64,000 bases of DNA from an archaeon (GTDB lineage Archaea; Nanobdellota; Nanobdellia; Woesearchaeales; GW2011-AR9), in NCBI GenBank assembly GCA_023259115.1, contig JAHFQW010000005.1:2091-66090 (forward strand), read 5' to 3'. How positions within the stretch are numbered: position 1 is the stretch's first letter; each line of letters opens with the position of its first letter. The notes beneath the pieces are model-generated. The model saw nothing but the letters and a program-made list of their open reading frames with translations. It had not been told where the DNA came from and did no database searches. The position numbers and the translations under genes were made by a program. Shown here one piece after another: positions 35,795 through 46,500 of the stretch.

Positions 35795-36685
35795 ATGATT
35801 GATATTTTATTTTTGGGTACGGGTTGCATGCAGCCAACGAAGACGAGGAATCATTCTGGTATTTTGCTCACGTATGGAAAAGAGAATATTTTAATGGATT
35901 GTGGTGAAGGAATCCAGCGGCAGATGAGAGTGGCAGGAGTGAAGCCGGCAAAGATTACAACGCTATTGATTAGTCATTGGCATGGGGATCATGTGTTTGG
36001 TATTCCGGGGCTTATGAGTTCGATGGGAGCGGATAAGTCAGATGCGACGCTGCGAATTTTTGGGCCACCTGGAACGAAGAAGTTTTTGGAACATATGCTG
36101 CAAGGATTTGCGGCAAAAGATATTATTAAACATACGGTTGTTGAAGTGAAGAAGGGAGCGTTTTGGGAAACAGAAGAGTTTGTGTTAGAAGCGCAGCCAT
36201 TGAAACATTCGGTGTTGTGTGTAGGTTATAGTTTTATTGAGAAAGAGAAGAGGAAGATTGATATGGCGGCGGCGGAGAAGATAGGTTTGAGAGGCCCGAT
36301 ATTAGGAGAGTTGCAACGCGGAGAAGATGTGGTGTTTAATGGCAAAAAAATTAAGTCGAGAGATGTGACGTATGTGGTAGCTGGCAAGAAAGTGAGCTAT
36401 ATTGCAGACACGGTTGTGTGTGAGGGGGCGGAGAAGTTGGCAAAAAATGCGGATTTATTGATTTCAGAAGGGACGCATTTGGATGATATTAAAGAGAAGG
36501 CAGGGAAGTATATGCATCTTACGGTAAAAGAGGCGGCATTGATTGCGTCAGAGCATAATGCAAAGAAGCTAGTGATTACGCATTTAAGCCAGCGATATAA
36601 AAGTGTGGCGGAAATTGTGGAAGAGGCACGAGCGCATTTTGATGAGGCGATTGTGGCGGAGGATTTTTTGAGGATTAGTGTTTGA
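35795..36685 (+). CDS. rnz: ribonuclease Z (tRNA 3' endonuclease)
   Basis: LGTGCMQPTKTRNHSG...LMDCGEGIQRQ...LISHWHGDHVFGIPGL is the metallo-beta-lactamase HxHxDH motif in the RNase Z context. Confidence 0.85.
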   Translation: MIDILFLGTGCMQPTKTRNHSGILLTYGKENILMDCGEGIQRQMRVAGVKPAKITTLLISHWHGDHVFGIPGLMSSMGADKSDATLRIFGPPGTKKFLEHMLQGFAAKDIIKHTVVEVKKGAFWETEEFVLEAQPLKHSVLCVGYSFIEKEKRKIDMAAAEKIGLRGPILGELQRGEDVVFNGKKIKSRDVTYVVAGKKVSYIADTVVCEGAEKLAKNADLLISEGTHLDDIKEKAGKYMHLTVKEAALIASEHNAKKLVITHLSQRYKSVAEIVEEARAHFDEAIVAEDFLRISV

Positions 36686-36763
36686 AGTGTAGGATGTGTA
36701 TGTTTGAATTGAGATTTCTTTTTTAATGGTTGATTGTTCTGTGTCAATTATGGTTACTCTATA

Positions 36764-36873
36764 GATAATTCTGCTGATTAGATTATATTTGGCAGAATTA
36801 TCTAATAAGTAAATTCTGTTGATAACGATTATCAAATATAATACAAAAAATTAGCCTAATTAACAGAATTTAC
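36764..36873. repeat. two perfect hairpins built on an AATTCTG/CAGAATT core
   Basis: GATAATTCTGC (36764-36774) pairs with GCAGAATTATC (36792-36802). GTAAATTCTGTT (36809-36820) pairs with AACAGAATTTAC (36862-36873). The inner palindrome is GATAACGATTATC. Confidence 0.8.
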
Positions 36874-36889
36874 TATACGAGTTGGTTCG

Positions 36890-37396
36890 TTGAATGAGGT
36901 GAAAGTTAAGGCAGTACGAGAAGTGGCAGCGTTGTATGATTTTTTGCGAGATGCAGAGGTGTATGGTGCAGATGTGGCATCGGGTGTTTTGGAACAGCCG
37001 CAAACGTTGGAAGAGACGATGCAAGGAGCGAAAAATAGGGCACGCGGGGCGTTTAAGAATTGTGAGTATAGCTTTGGGTTGGAGTCGGGTTTATTTCTCG
37101 CAGGAGAGAGGTGGATGGACCACACGGTATGTGTGATATATGATGGGCAGAAATATGCGGTGGGATTTTCGCCAGCGTTTGAAGTGCCTGGAAAAGTGAT
37201 GCAATATGTTTTGGAGGAAAAATTAGATTTGGATCAGGCAAGTTATCGTGCAGGGTTGAGCGCTGAGAAGAGAGTGGGGAGATTGGGAGGGCTGGTGGGT
37301 ATTCTGACGCAGGGGGTGATGGATCGCAAGGAGTATATGAAGCCTGCAGTGATTATGGCGATGATTGGGGTTGGGAAGAGGATTGATGTATTATAA
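36890..37396 (+). CDS. YjjX-type inosine/xanthosine triphosphatase
   Basis: ASGVLEQPQTLEETMQGAKNRA...SFGLESGLF matches the SGV.EQP...ET..GA.NRA ... G.E.G family pattern. The true start may lie upstream of TTG 36890 (see findings). Confidence 0.7.
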   Translation: MNEVKVKAVREVAALYDFLRDAEVYGADVASGVLEQPQTLEETMQGAKNRARGAFKNCEYSFGLESGLFLAGERWMDHTVCVIYDGQKYAVGFSPAFEVPGKVMQYVLEEKLDLDQASYRAGLSAEKRVGRLGGLVGILTQGVMDRKEYMKPAVIMAMIGVGKRIDVL

Positions 37397-37429
37397 TGAT
37401 CTGTTGTAGCAGTTTCTGATTTTAATAGA

Positions 37430-37470
37430 TTATAGGCGGTTATTCAAAGTCCTCTATAAATTGACTCAAT
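37430..37470. repeat. degenerate copy of the dispersed hairpin element
   Basis: GGTTATTCAAAGTCCTCTATAAA (37448-37470) matches the right arms at 1989-2000 and 2052-2070. The left arm here is degenerate. Confidence 0.6.
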
Positions 37471-38071
37471 CACACAAATACAATACTGTTTCTATCAAAC
37501 CGCCGCTATCTGTAGAAATAGGATTTAAACCAGAACTATCTCGAGGCCGATTTTTTGGACATCCTCCTCTCGTTTTAATTTGACTTAGAGAAATGGGTGT
37601 TGCACTTTTATAGATAAGATTGATGTTTAGTTCATAACGCTTGTTCCATTTGCCTAATGTATCATTTAATAGTTGAGCGGCGGTGTCTTGGAAGAATTGA
37701 CAGCAGTGGGTGTTCTGAGGGTTGTATTTGTTGTGGCAACTGTAGATTATACACCCTTGAGGATTATTATAGTTGTTGGCGCAATCTTCTAAAATATCTT
37801 TGCCTAGAGAGGGATTAACAATACTGCCGTCCTGCTGTGTACAAATAACATTTGTCTTTAAAAGAGCGGTCGCAGAAGATGTGGCAAGACCTTTACGAGT
37901 AAATATTTTTTTACTGGGATCTTGCTGGAGAGCGAAGATTGCCATAAAGAGCATACCAAGGGTTATGAGAATAACAATAATGACCAAACCGACCATTTCC
38001 ATTTGGGCTTTTTTGTTTTGGCTTATGAAGCAGGGAGAGGTTCTGTTGGAGTTGGGAGATGTTTTATTCAT
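37466..38071 (-). CDS. type IV pilin-like protein with a class III signal peptide
   Basis: N-terminus ...NKKAQMEMVGLVIIVILITLGMLFMAIFAL: a basic K-K-A/Q junction followed by a hydrophobic helix of about 22 aa. The globular part is Cys-containing. Confidence 0.55.
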   Translation of the reverse strand: MNKTSPNSNRTSPCFISQNKKAQMEMVGLVIIVILITLGMLFMAIFALQQDPSKKIFTRKGLATSSATALLKTNVICTQQDGSIVNPSLGKDILEDCANNYNNPQGCIIYSCHNKYNPQNTHCCQFFQDTAAQLLNDTLGKWNKRYELNINLIYKSATPISLSQIKTRGGCPKNRPRDSSGLNPISTDSGGLIETVLYLCD

Positions 38072-38616
38072 GAATACACCTCAATTGTAATATACCCATA
38101 GCTGTATTGAGGGAGAGTGTCGATGCGAAGCTGATCTTTGAGAGTTATGACAAAAAATGTTGGTTCTTTGCGTGTCCAATCTTTGGTGATGGTGCCATTT
38201 TCAGCTACTTTGATTTTTTCTTTAGTGTAGATTGTCCATTGTTGCGGTTCGGGGTAGGTTTGAATGATAGAAATGTTACTGTAGCCAAAAACGGAGAAAT
38301 AGTAATCACCCAGATTTTCTTGGAAGAATGATTTTTCGGAATTGGCGAGAAAGTCTAATTTGGGTTTGTCGATACAATTATCTTCGGCTTCGGCTTCGCC
38401 TCTTGTACACATTAATTCAGGTAAGAATAATGTTTTTAATGTAATGTCCATAGCGCGTGACGCGAGCAATTCTTCTTTTTTTTCTTGCAGAGAGGTTTGT
38501 TGATAGCGAGCATAAAAGACAATGCCAAAGACAACTAAGATGAAAAAGATGAATAAGACGGCGATAGTTTCGGTTATGTGCAATTGAGCTTTTTTTGAGG
38601 GGAGGTGTTTGGCCAT
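38068..38616 (-). CDS. type IV pilin-like protein with a class III signal peptide
   Basis: MAKHLPSKKAQLHITETIAVLFIFFILVVFGIVF. The gene overlaps the downstream gene by 4 nt. Confidence 0.6.
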   Translation of the reverse strand: MAKHLPSKKAQLHITETIAVLFIFFILVVFGIVFYARYQQTSLQEKKEELLASRAMDITLKTLFLPELMCTRGEAEAEDNCIDKPKLDFLANSEKSFFQENLGDYYFSVFGYSNISIIQTYPEPQQWTIYTKEKIKVAENGTITKDWTRKEPTFFVITLKDQLRIDTLPQYSYGYITIEVYS

Positions 38617-38691
38617 GGGAATTGTATCTTTGTTATTTAATGGATGTTATTTGAGGGATGGCATTTAATGGGTGTGTTTAATTAAATGTAT

Positions 38692-39828
38692 TTAATATAA
38701 AGGAACGCAGTCTCCTTGCTCGGCCAAATAAGTATTGGCGATTTGGATGCCTGAGGCACCATCAAGCATTGCTTGGCAGAGGGAAAATGTAGGGTCTTGA
38801 AGACAGGTTGGGATGGTGTTGTGCAAAGATTCAATGGAAGTTTGAATATTAGGGGATGAGTCTTTATAGTAACTCAGGCAACTTTTGGTGAATTGTAATT
38901 CAGGATGTGTTTGATAGAATGAGGTTATGGATTGAGTTTTGCCTTGATAGACCGATGTGACATAGCCAAGGCGTTTGAATGCTTTTTTCATGGTGCATTG
39001 ATACATTTGGTCATTTGCTGCAAAGATGGCAGCGTAGAGAGCGGCATCACGTTCATTAGATAAGGAAATGATGGAGAGGGGTTTGAGATTTTGCTTTTTC
39101 CAGACAAGACCTTGCTTTTGGTAATATGTTACTTTTTTTTCTTTGGCTTGGTTTTCTTCTATGACTAAGCCGGAGATGGCGCTATCATCGAGAGAGCGTA
39201 ATTTAGAGGGAAGAGGAGCATTTTGTTTGATGAGTTGTCCGGTGAAGTCAATAATACGGGTGTGAAAATTTTTTTGAGGGTCGATTTGGTTATATTGTTC
39301 TGGAGTGAGAAGGTAATCACGGTTGAAGCCGGCAGTGGCATTCATGAATTCGTTGACAAATTTTTGGTTGTTGCTATATAAGTAATATCTGGTGTTGGAT
39401 GAGCTGATGTATAAAAAATCCATCACTTTATAGGGCAGAAGATAGGGCAGACTCCAAGTGATTAATTGAGGGGCTTTGAGTTCAGATGGGGCGAAGATGG
39501 CGTCTATGTTATTTTCAGAGCGAGCGCTGGTGTCTTTGAGACCGTATTGAGTGATGCCATCTTGACAGTTGAAGTAGAGGGTGTACTCTGCTAAGCCGCC
39601 TATATCAATAAAATTTTTAGTTTTTTCAGAGACGCCCGCACCGGTGAAAATGGAATCCATGGTGTTGACGAGATCTTGACCGAGTGATTGTTGGGCAGAG
39701 GCTTTTTCTTTGACAGCAATACCTACAAAGAATAGCAAGATGACAGCACCAGCGATTAATATATAGACCCAATTAAATGTGATTTCAACTTGGGCTTTGC
39801 GGTTTAACATGAGGTGATTGTACTCCAA
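38692..39828 (-). CDS. type IV pilin-like protein with a class III signal peptide (378 aa)
   Basis: MLNRKAQVEITFNWVYILIAGAVILLFFVGI. Confidence 0.55.
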   Translation of the reverse strand: MEYNHLMLNRKAQVEITFNWVYILIAGAVILLFFVGIAVKEKASAQQSLGQDLVNTMDSIFTGAGVSEKTKNFIDIGGLAEYTLYFNCQDGITQYGLKDTSARSENNIDAIFAPSELKAPQLITWSLPYLLPYKVMDFLYISSSNTRYYLYSNNQKFVNEFMNATAGFNRDYLLTPEQYNQIDPQKNFHTRIIDFTGQLIKQNAPLPSKLRSLDDSAISGLVIEENQAKEKKVTYYQKQGLVWKKQNLKPLSIISLSNERDAALYAAIFAANDQMYQCTMKKAFKRLGYVTSVYQGKTQSITSFYQTHPELQFTKSCLSYYKDSSPNIQTSIESLHNTIPTCLQDPTFSLCQAMLDGASGIQIANTYLAEQGDCVPLY

Positions 39829-39851
39829 TTAATTTTTTTGCTCCTATTAAT

Positions 39852-40424
39852 TCATTCCCTTGGTGAGGGAGAAATTTCAGTGCGATCGCCTCTGCCTTCC
39901 AACACGATACGAAATGTGCTTTGGTGAATATCTTGGCAGAGAAAGCCGAGAGGGTTGCCATCACTGTCACTCAGAGAGATGCGAAATACTTTAAGGGGAG
40001 TTGATGAAGTTGGTTTGAGGAAAACATTTTGTTCAACGCCGTTGTATCCTTTAATTTTACCATTATCATCTTTAGTTTGGGCATCTTGCCAGACGCTACA
40101 GGCAAGGGCATCTTTTGTACAGAGATCTGCCATTTCTTTAGGAGAGGAGGGAGTATCCATGTCAACAAAACAGATTTGTTCGTATTTTCCTGGAACTTGG
40201 AATTGTTTTATGCGCACGGCACCATATTCGGTATAAATTTTCTGCACACTACTCTCAAGATCGGTTTTGAATTTGACAAATTCTACTTTTTCAGCGTTGA
40301 TTAGGAAGTTGCTGATGGTTCGGTAGCCAAAAATCATGATTAAGGAGAAGGTAATAGCAGCGATGATGAAAACAAATACTTGTCCGACACCCATAGCTTT
40401 TTTATTCATGGTTTTGTGGATCAT
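39852..40424 (-). CDS. type IV pilin-like protein with a class III signal peptide
   Basis: MNKKAMGVGQVFVFIIAAITFSLIMIFGY. Confidence 0.5.
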   Translation of the reverse strand: MIHKTMNKKAMGVGQVFVFIIAAITFSLIMIFGYRTISNFLINAEKVEFVKFKTDLESSVQKIYTEYGAVRIKQFQVPGKYEQICFVDMDTPSSPKEMADLCTKDALACSVWQDAQTKDDNGKIKGYNGVEQNVFLKPTSSTPLKVFRISLSDSDGNPLGFLCQDIHQSTFRIVLEGRGDRTEISPSPRE

Positions 40425-40564
40425 TGGTTTTTGGATAGTGTTACGTTATTCAAAATGGGTTATTTGAATGTGGTTGTTTTATACGTTGATTGGTTTAATT
40501 GGATTGATTTAATTTCATTGAATAGGATTTGAATGTTGACGAGGAGGGATTTTTTGAGGAGTTT

Positions 40565-43500
40565 TTATTTTTTTTTCTTTCGCTTGTCGGAAATCTCTTT
40601 TAGTTTACTGAATAAATCTTGGGCGGATTGGGGAGTGATATTAGGAGTGTTTTTCTTTTCTGTAGTCCGGGTGGCAATGTTTTCGAGTTTTGCGAAGATG
40701 TTTTTTTCGCTGGAAGTGAGGCCAGATTGAATTTCATCTTTGTGTTGTACATATTTCTGCGCGAGTTGTTGGATGGTTGGGACGGAGGGGGTTTTATTTT
40801 GAAGTGCGGCATCGATGTGGGGAATGGATTTTGAGTCTTTGGTGAATGTGCCAAAAATAGATTCGCGAGCGCGGGATTTTATTTTTTCGCTTTCTCTTTT
40901 TTCAAATGCGCTGAATTGAGATTGGAATTTTCCAAGAGGACCAGTGGAGGTAGAAATGGGTCGATTGACGGATGAACTGGAAAATGAGGATTTGCCAGGC
41001 CCAAAAGAATTTTTGGAAGGGGATGATTTATAGTAATATATTAAATAACCGATGCCGCCAGAGATTAAGAGCAGACCTATGATCAAGACAACCCAGGCAA
41101 AGATATTTGTTTTTGTCTCTGACGAGGAGGAAGGTGAGGATGGGGTTGGTTTTTCGGGAGGAGAATTCTTTTCTTCTTTTTTGACGACGCCGTCAGCGAC
41201 ACAAGGATTTTGGGCATTGGTGTATTCTTGATAATTAGAATAACTGTCTTGGTCATAGTCTTCGTCTGTGTCTTTTATGCCATCACCGTTGCTGTCAATG
41301 TTTTTATAGTTGAGAGGGCAATTTTCGCTGTCAAATGATTGTTCCCAACTATCGGGTAAGCCGTCACCATCGGTGTCTTTTTTCTTTTCGGAAGTTGAGA
41401 GATCGGTAGATGCGCAGCCATTGGAACCGGCTTTGGCACCGTTGGTTGTTTGAGTGCATTGGTCGCAGGCGTTATTAATGCCGTCACCATCGCTATCACT
41501 AAGCGTGATGGTTTTTGCGCTGCTGAGGGTGTTATCGTTGTAGTCTGTCACGCTATAACAAATGACGCCATTAGTTGTGAAGAGAAGTTTATCTCCGGTA
41601 TAGATTTTTGTGGCTTGACAGATTTTTTCGGTTGGGGCTTGACCATAAAGAAGGGATTTGCAGCCAACGAGTTTATCATTACAATGCAATTCGACGCTTG
41701 TGAGAGTGCAAGATTGGTTTATGATGAAGTTGAGACCTGGAGGTAGGGTGTCGTTGAGACAGACGGAATCATTTTTGGAGTTGATCACAATGCCATTACT
41801 GGAAACAAAAGCACTCCAACGTCCAAGAAGGTCGGCGGCTTTGATTTGAGTGATGTAACGATGGGTAAGATTTAATTTTTCTGTAGGAATTTTTAATGGT
41901 AGTGACGGACCAAGAGTAGCGTTGAGTATGAGAGTTCCAATAAGTGATGATGGTTGAGATGATACTTGGGAGGAGGTTTGAGATGAGGAAGGAGACTTTG
42001 TATTTAATTCATTTTTGGAATTGTAATATAATTCGTAATCTTGAGTGGTATTGATATTTAATAAAGAAGAGTAGGAGGGGGATGTGGAGTAAGATGAAGA
42101 AGAGAACTGTCCTTTGTCTTGCCCAAGATCATAGATTTCATAGTAGTATTGACTGATATTATTTTTATTGGTGTAGACCATCAAGGAAATATCTTTACTG
42201 CCACAAGTGTAACTGCCATCTTCGACTTTGGTGACCATAGGTGCAGTTAAATCAATAGTGAAGGTGAATGAACCCTGGACTTTATGTTCACCTAGAATGC
42301 AGAGGAACGGGATTTTATAGATACCTTCTTCTAGGGTGAGAGAAGAAGTGTGTTGAGTTGTCCCAGCACCGTTCATAGTGGTGGAAGAAGTACTGTTAGA
42401 CGGAAGGTTGCTGGATGGAGAGTTGGTGGTGCTATTTGTTTTAGGACTTGTGCTGTTGGTTTTGGTGTTATTGCTTTTGAGATTATTTATGATAGGTGGG
42501 GTGTATTGACAGGTGGCTTTTTTACTGGTTTGGATTTGCAGTGTGACATCTTTGGTGGGAAGAATATTACCCTGTGGTGAGAAAGAGATGACGCCACCAA
42601 GTTGAGTATAATCTACGGTGAGGTTTATATTTTTTAATTCGGAGAGGTCGCCGGCGCCGTTTTTACAGATGATGTTAAATGAAAAGTCTTTTTTTAATCC
42701 CGTGAAGGTGTTTACGGCATAGGTTGTGAGATGTTTTTCAGAGAGGATATGTTTTTGATGTTGGTCTGCACCAGGTACGTCTGCTTGTGCACCAGGAAAC
42801 GCATAACTCATTAAAGAATATGTTTCTTGATTGCTGTCGCTGAATTTGCATACTGTTTTGTCATCGGTTGTGACGGTTAATTGAACGGTTGTGCCTTCAA
42901 TTATGGGATTTGGCAGGGCAAGAGCTTCTATGATCTTTGGAGGAGAGGGATCGTATTCTAGATTCATCTTTTTTTCTGGGGCAAGGTCGCTTTGGGTGTT
43001 TTCGCAGCGGACGTAGAGTGTTTTAACGCCACCTTCAGAGGGGTAGGGTGATGAGGCGGAATCGTTGGGAAAGTTATTGACGATGTAATGAGTAATGGGA
43101 TCGTAGGTGAGCTGTTTAAATGGTGGAATGTCGTTGTAGTTATAATTAGAAACAAAATCGTAGGCACATTTGGTGGTTGGGACTTTGGTGTAAAATTGCC
43201 AAGGGAAAGCGGATATTTTACTAACACCCCATACTTCGTCGTTGTAATAGTACAAATCAGGTTTTTCTAAGGTGATGCCATACCCATCGATTTGAACGCT
43301 ACCACAGAGAGGTTGGTAGAGAGGATTTTTTCCTTTATCAGTGGAATAGTAACAGATGAGGGTGGTGTTTTTTAATTCAAATGGACCAGTATATTCTTGG
43401 AATTTAGAGTTGGTGATAGATTCACACCCGTTGCCAAGACAGTAGTAGGTTTTATCACATTCAAAGCCTTGTGATTGACATTCAAATGCAACTTGTGCGC

Positions 43501-46500
43501 TGTTTACAAAGAATTCTTCCCATCCGTACTGGTTGGGCATTTCAACGCGTTTATCTTCTTGGAGTAGGATTTGGGTTGAGGGAGGGGTGAAGTCGATTGT
43601 AAAGTGGAAAAAGTCTTGGTGAGTTTTTGTGGGATCAAGGATTTCTTGGCAGACAACTTTATGGTCGCCGGCGTATTCGCCTTCAATGAACCCGGCGAGG
43701 AGAGGAGTTTGGTGTTCTTTGCCTTCAGAATCGAGCAGGTTGAATTCGATTATTTTTTCGTTCGTTTTTGTATTGTAGAGAGCACAGGTTGAACCAACAT
43801 CGGTGTGTACTTTAAATGCAATTTCGGTTGCGGCGATGACGCTTTTAAATCCGGGGTAAATTATATCGATATTCTGATCTAAATCAAATGTTTCTTTTTT
43901 CTCTTTGGTTTGAAGATTGCCTTGGTCATCAATGCAACTGGCGGAGATGTTGTATAAAATCCCTTTGAGATTTTCAAATGTTACGATTTTTTGAGCTTGA
44001 TCACGAGCGATGGGTTTGTCAATCGATGGGCCGGCGGGATAGGTAGGGGTGAGTGTGACAATACATGTGGCGGGTTCTTGTAGGTCTGAGAGTTCAATGG
44101 AGAGTGTGGTTATGTCTTTTATGGTTTTAGGGGTTGAGATAATTTCAAAGTTAGGGGGGAGAGTGTCAACGTAGAAAAATGATTCTTGGATGTTTTCTTG
44201 GTTGTGGTATTTGTCTGTGGAGTAATACTGAAGTTTGTACGTGGAACCGGCGATGGGTTTGGAATTGATCGCGGTGAGGTTGAGGAGATTGATGAGAAGA
44301 GGCTGGGCACCCACTTTTTTGCTGTTGTAGGAGGCGTTGATAAAATTGCTGCAGCTAGAAGGTGCGTTAGCATCGGCACTAGTGAGGCAAAAGTAGAGTT
44401 CACCCAGAGGACTACGTTGGGAACCTATACCATGGAGGCTATCATCTCCAATGAATGTAATTTGTGGGTAGCCATAAGAAATTATGTTTTTGCCAGTGGG
44501 TGCAAGAGAGGTTTTGGGAGGGGTGTTGTCAACTTTACACGCAAGTAGTTCAGCTTGAGTTGTGAAACTGGCACAATCATCTTCATTGTTCGCATCGCTA
44601 TCTTTGATGCAATCACTAGCACCAACATTTTTTTCTCCAGTCCAGCGGCAGCGGCCCCAATGGCAACGATCTTTTGATGTTTGAATTAGGCCATTCGTGT
44701 TGGTTATTGGTTCTTTGTTGGTACATTCTTTTTCGGTTACATATGTGTAACAGTTGGAGTTTTCAGAAGGGGCACTTTGTGGGTTTTGTGAATTGGTAGT
44801 GCAAGGATGACATTGACTGAGCAGGGAGTCAGAGAAGCAACGACCTAAATTAGTGCATACATCGGCAGTGCAATATGTGTTTTCAAATAAGGTGGAAGGA
44901 GGAGTTGATGAGCCGCATAAAGCGCATTGATCATCTTTTTCGTATGTTTGGGGAACGCAGTAGCCTGCACCAGTTTCGATGTTTGCTTGCAGAGGGAGGT
45001 TGATTTGACTATAGTCGATAATGGAACTATCGTCGCCGGTTTCGATCCAATTACAGGAGGAGCTTAGGCAGTTGTTGATGGCGCAGGCGTCTTTGCTTTT
45101 ATAATCAAAGCAGCTGCTAATTTTGGTGCAACTGCTACATTGATCAACAATACTGTTTGTGTAATCATAATAACAGAAGTTTTTGGTTGTTTGAGGAGTG
45201 TTTGTACCATAACAGCTGGATCGACTATAGTAGAGCCCGAAAGGATTGGCGTTAGTACTGCATGGTCCGGCGTCTTTACAATCAGCGATGTTGGAACTGA
45301 GTTTCGCACAATAAAAGTCGTTGCCTGCGGCGTCTTTCTCACCACAACTTTGGAGGGAGTAGAGTTGGTTTTGATCGGTGCAACTCCAAATAGTTTTTCG
45401 AGTGGAGAGATCACCTGCAAGACAGAAAGTGCTCCAGCCGGTTTTACTGTCGTATTTGTTTTCGCAGTCTGAGACACCAAGAGTGATAGTTTGAGTGGAG
45501 GGTTTGTCACTCTTTTTTTTGTCGAATGTGGCGGTGATAGTGTATGTGTAGGTTTCACCCCATTGCACGTCGATATCGGGGTAGGAGATTTCAAGAGGAG
45601 ATACTTGAAATTCTTTTACGGCGTTTGTAGTTTTAGTGATGCGTTTGATTTCGTATCCGATAACTTCTGGACAGGGTTTGGCCCATTGTAGTAAGACTTG
45701 AAGTTTGCCTGGAACAGGGTTGGCAGAAAATTTTTCGACATTTTTTATAACGCCGTTGGTGCAGATGCCTTGAGAGGTTTGCAGAGCGATGTCTTTTGTT
45801 GTAGTTTGATCTTTTTTAATGTTGAATGATTGCGGCGTTGATTGGTAGCCCCCATAGATTATAGAGAGTGTATGTTTTTCGGTGTCACTTTGGGATTTGA
45901 ATGTGATACTTATTTCGTATGAGCCATCGGATTGAGAGAAACCACGTAAGATGCCGTCTATAAATATTTTAGCGCCGGGGGCGGGTTGTTCTTTTTTATC
46001 AAATTGGTTGTTTTTATTTTCGTCTAAGAATATTTTACCAGTTATGCCTTGGAATGCGGCAGGCTGGAGAAGGAATTCTTGAGTAGGAATGATTTGATTT
46101 GCGGTGAGGGTGAATTCTTTACTGAGTGCTTGGTATTTTATTTTACTGATGATAAGAGTGTATTTTCCTGCAGGGAGAGAGGGAATGGTGAATTTGCCTG
46201 CGGCATCAGTTGCGCCGGTACCGGGGGTTGGGCCAGTCCAGGAGAGGGATGCGGCTTGTGAGGGAATTTCTTTGCCCAGGCTATTTTCTTTGACAAGAAT
46301 AGGAATATCGGCAATGCCTATGGCTTTTTTGAGAATTATTTTTTGTTCAGCTGGGTTAGGAGGGGAAATGGGGGCGGAGATGGTGATGGAAATGGAAGTT
46401 GAGATGTAGCCTTGGGCACTGGCTTTGATAGAATATGTTCCGGGGTTGAGATTGAGGGTGGCTTTGCCATCAGATGAAGTGGTTGAGGTGTCTTTTTGGC

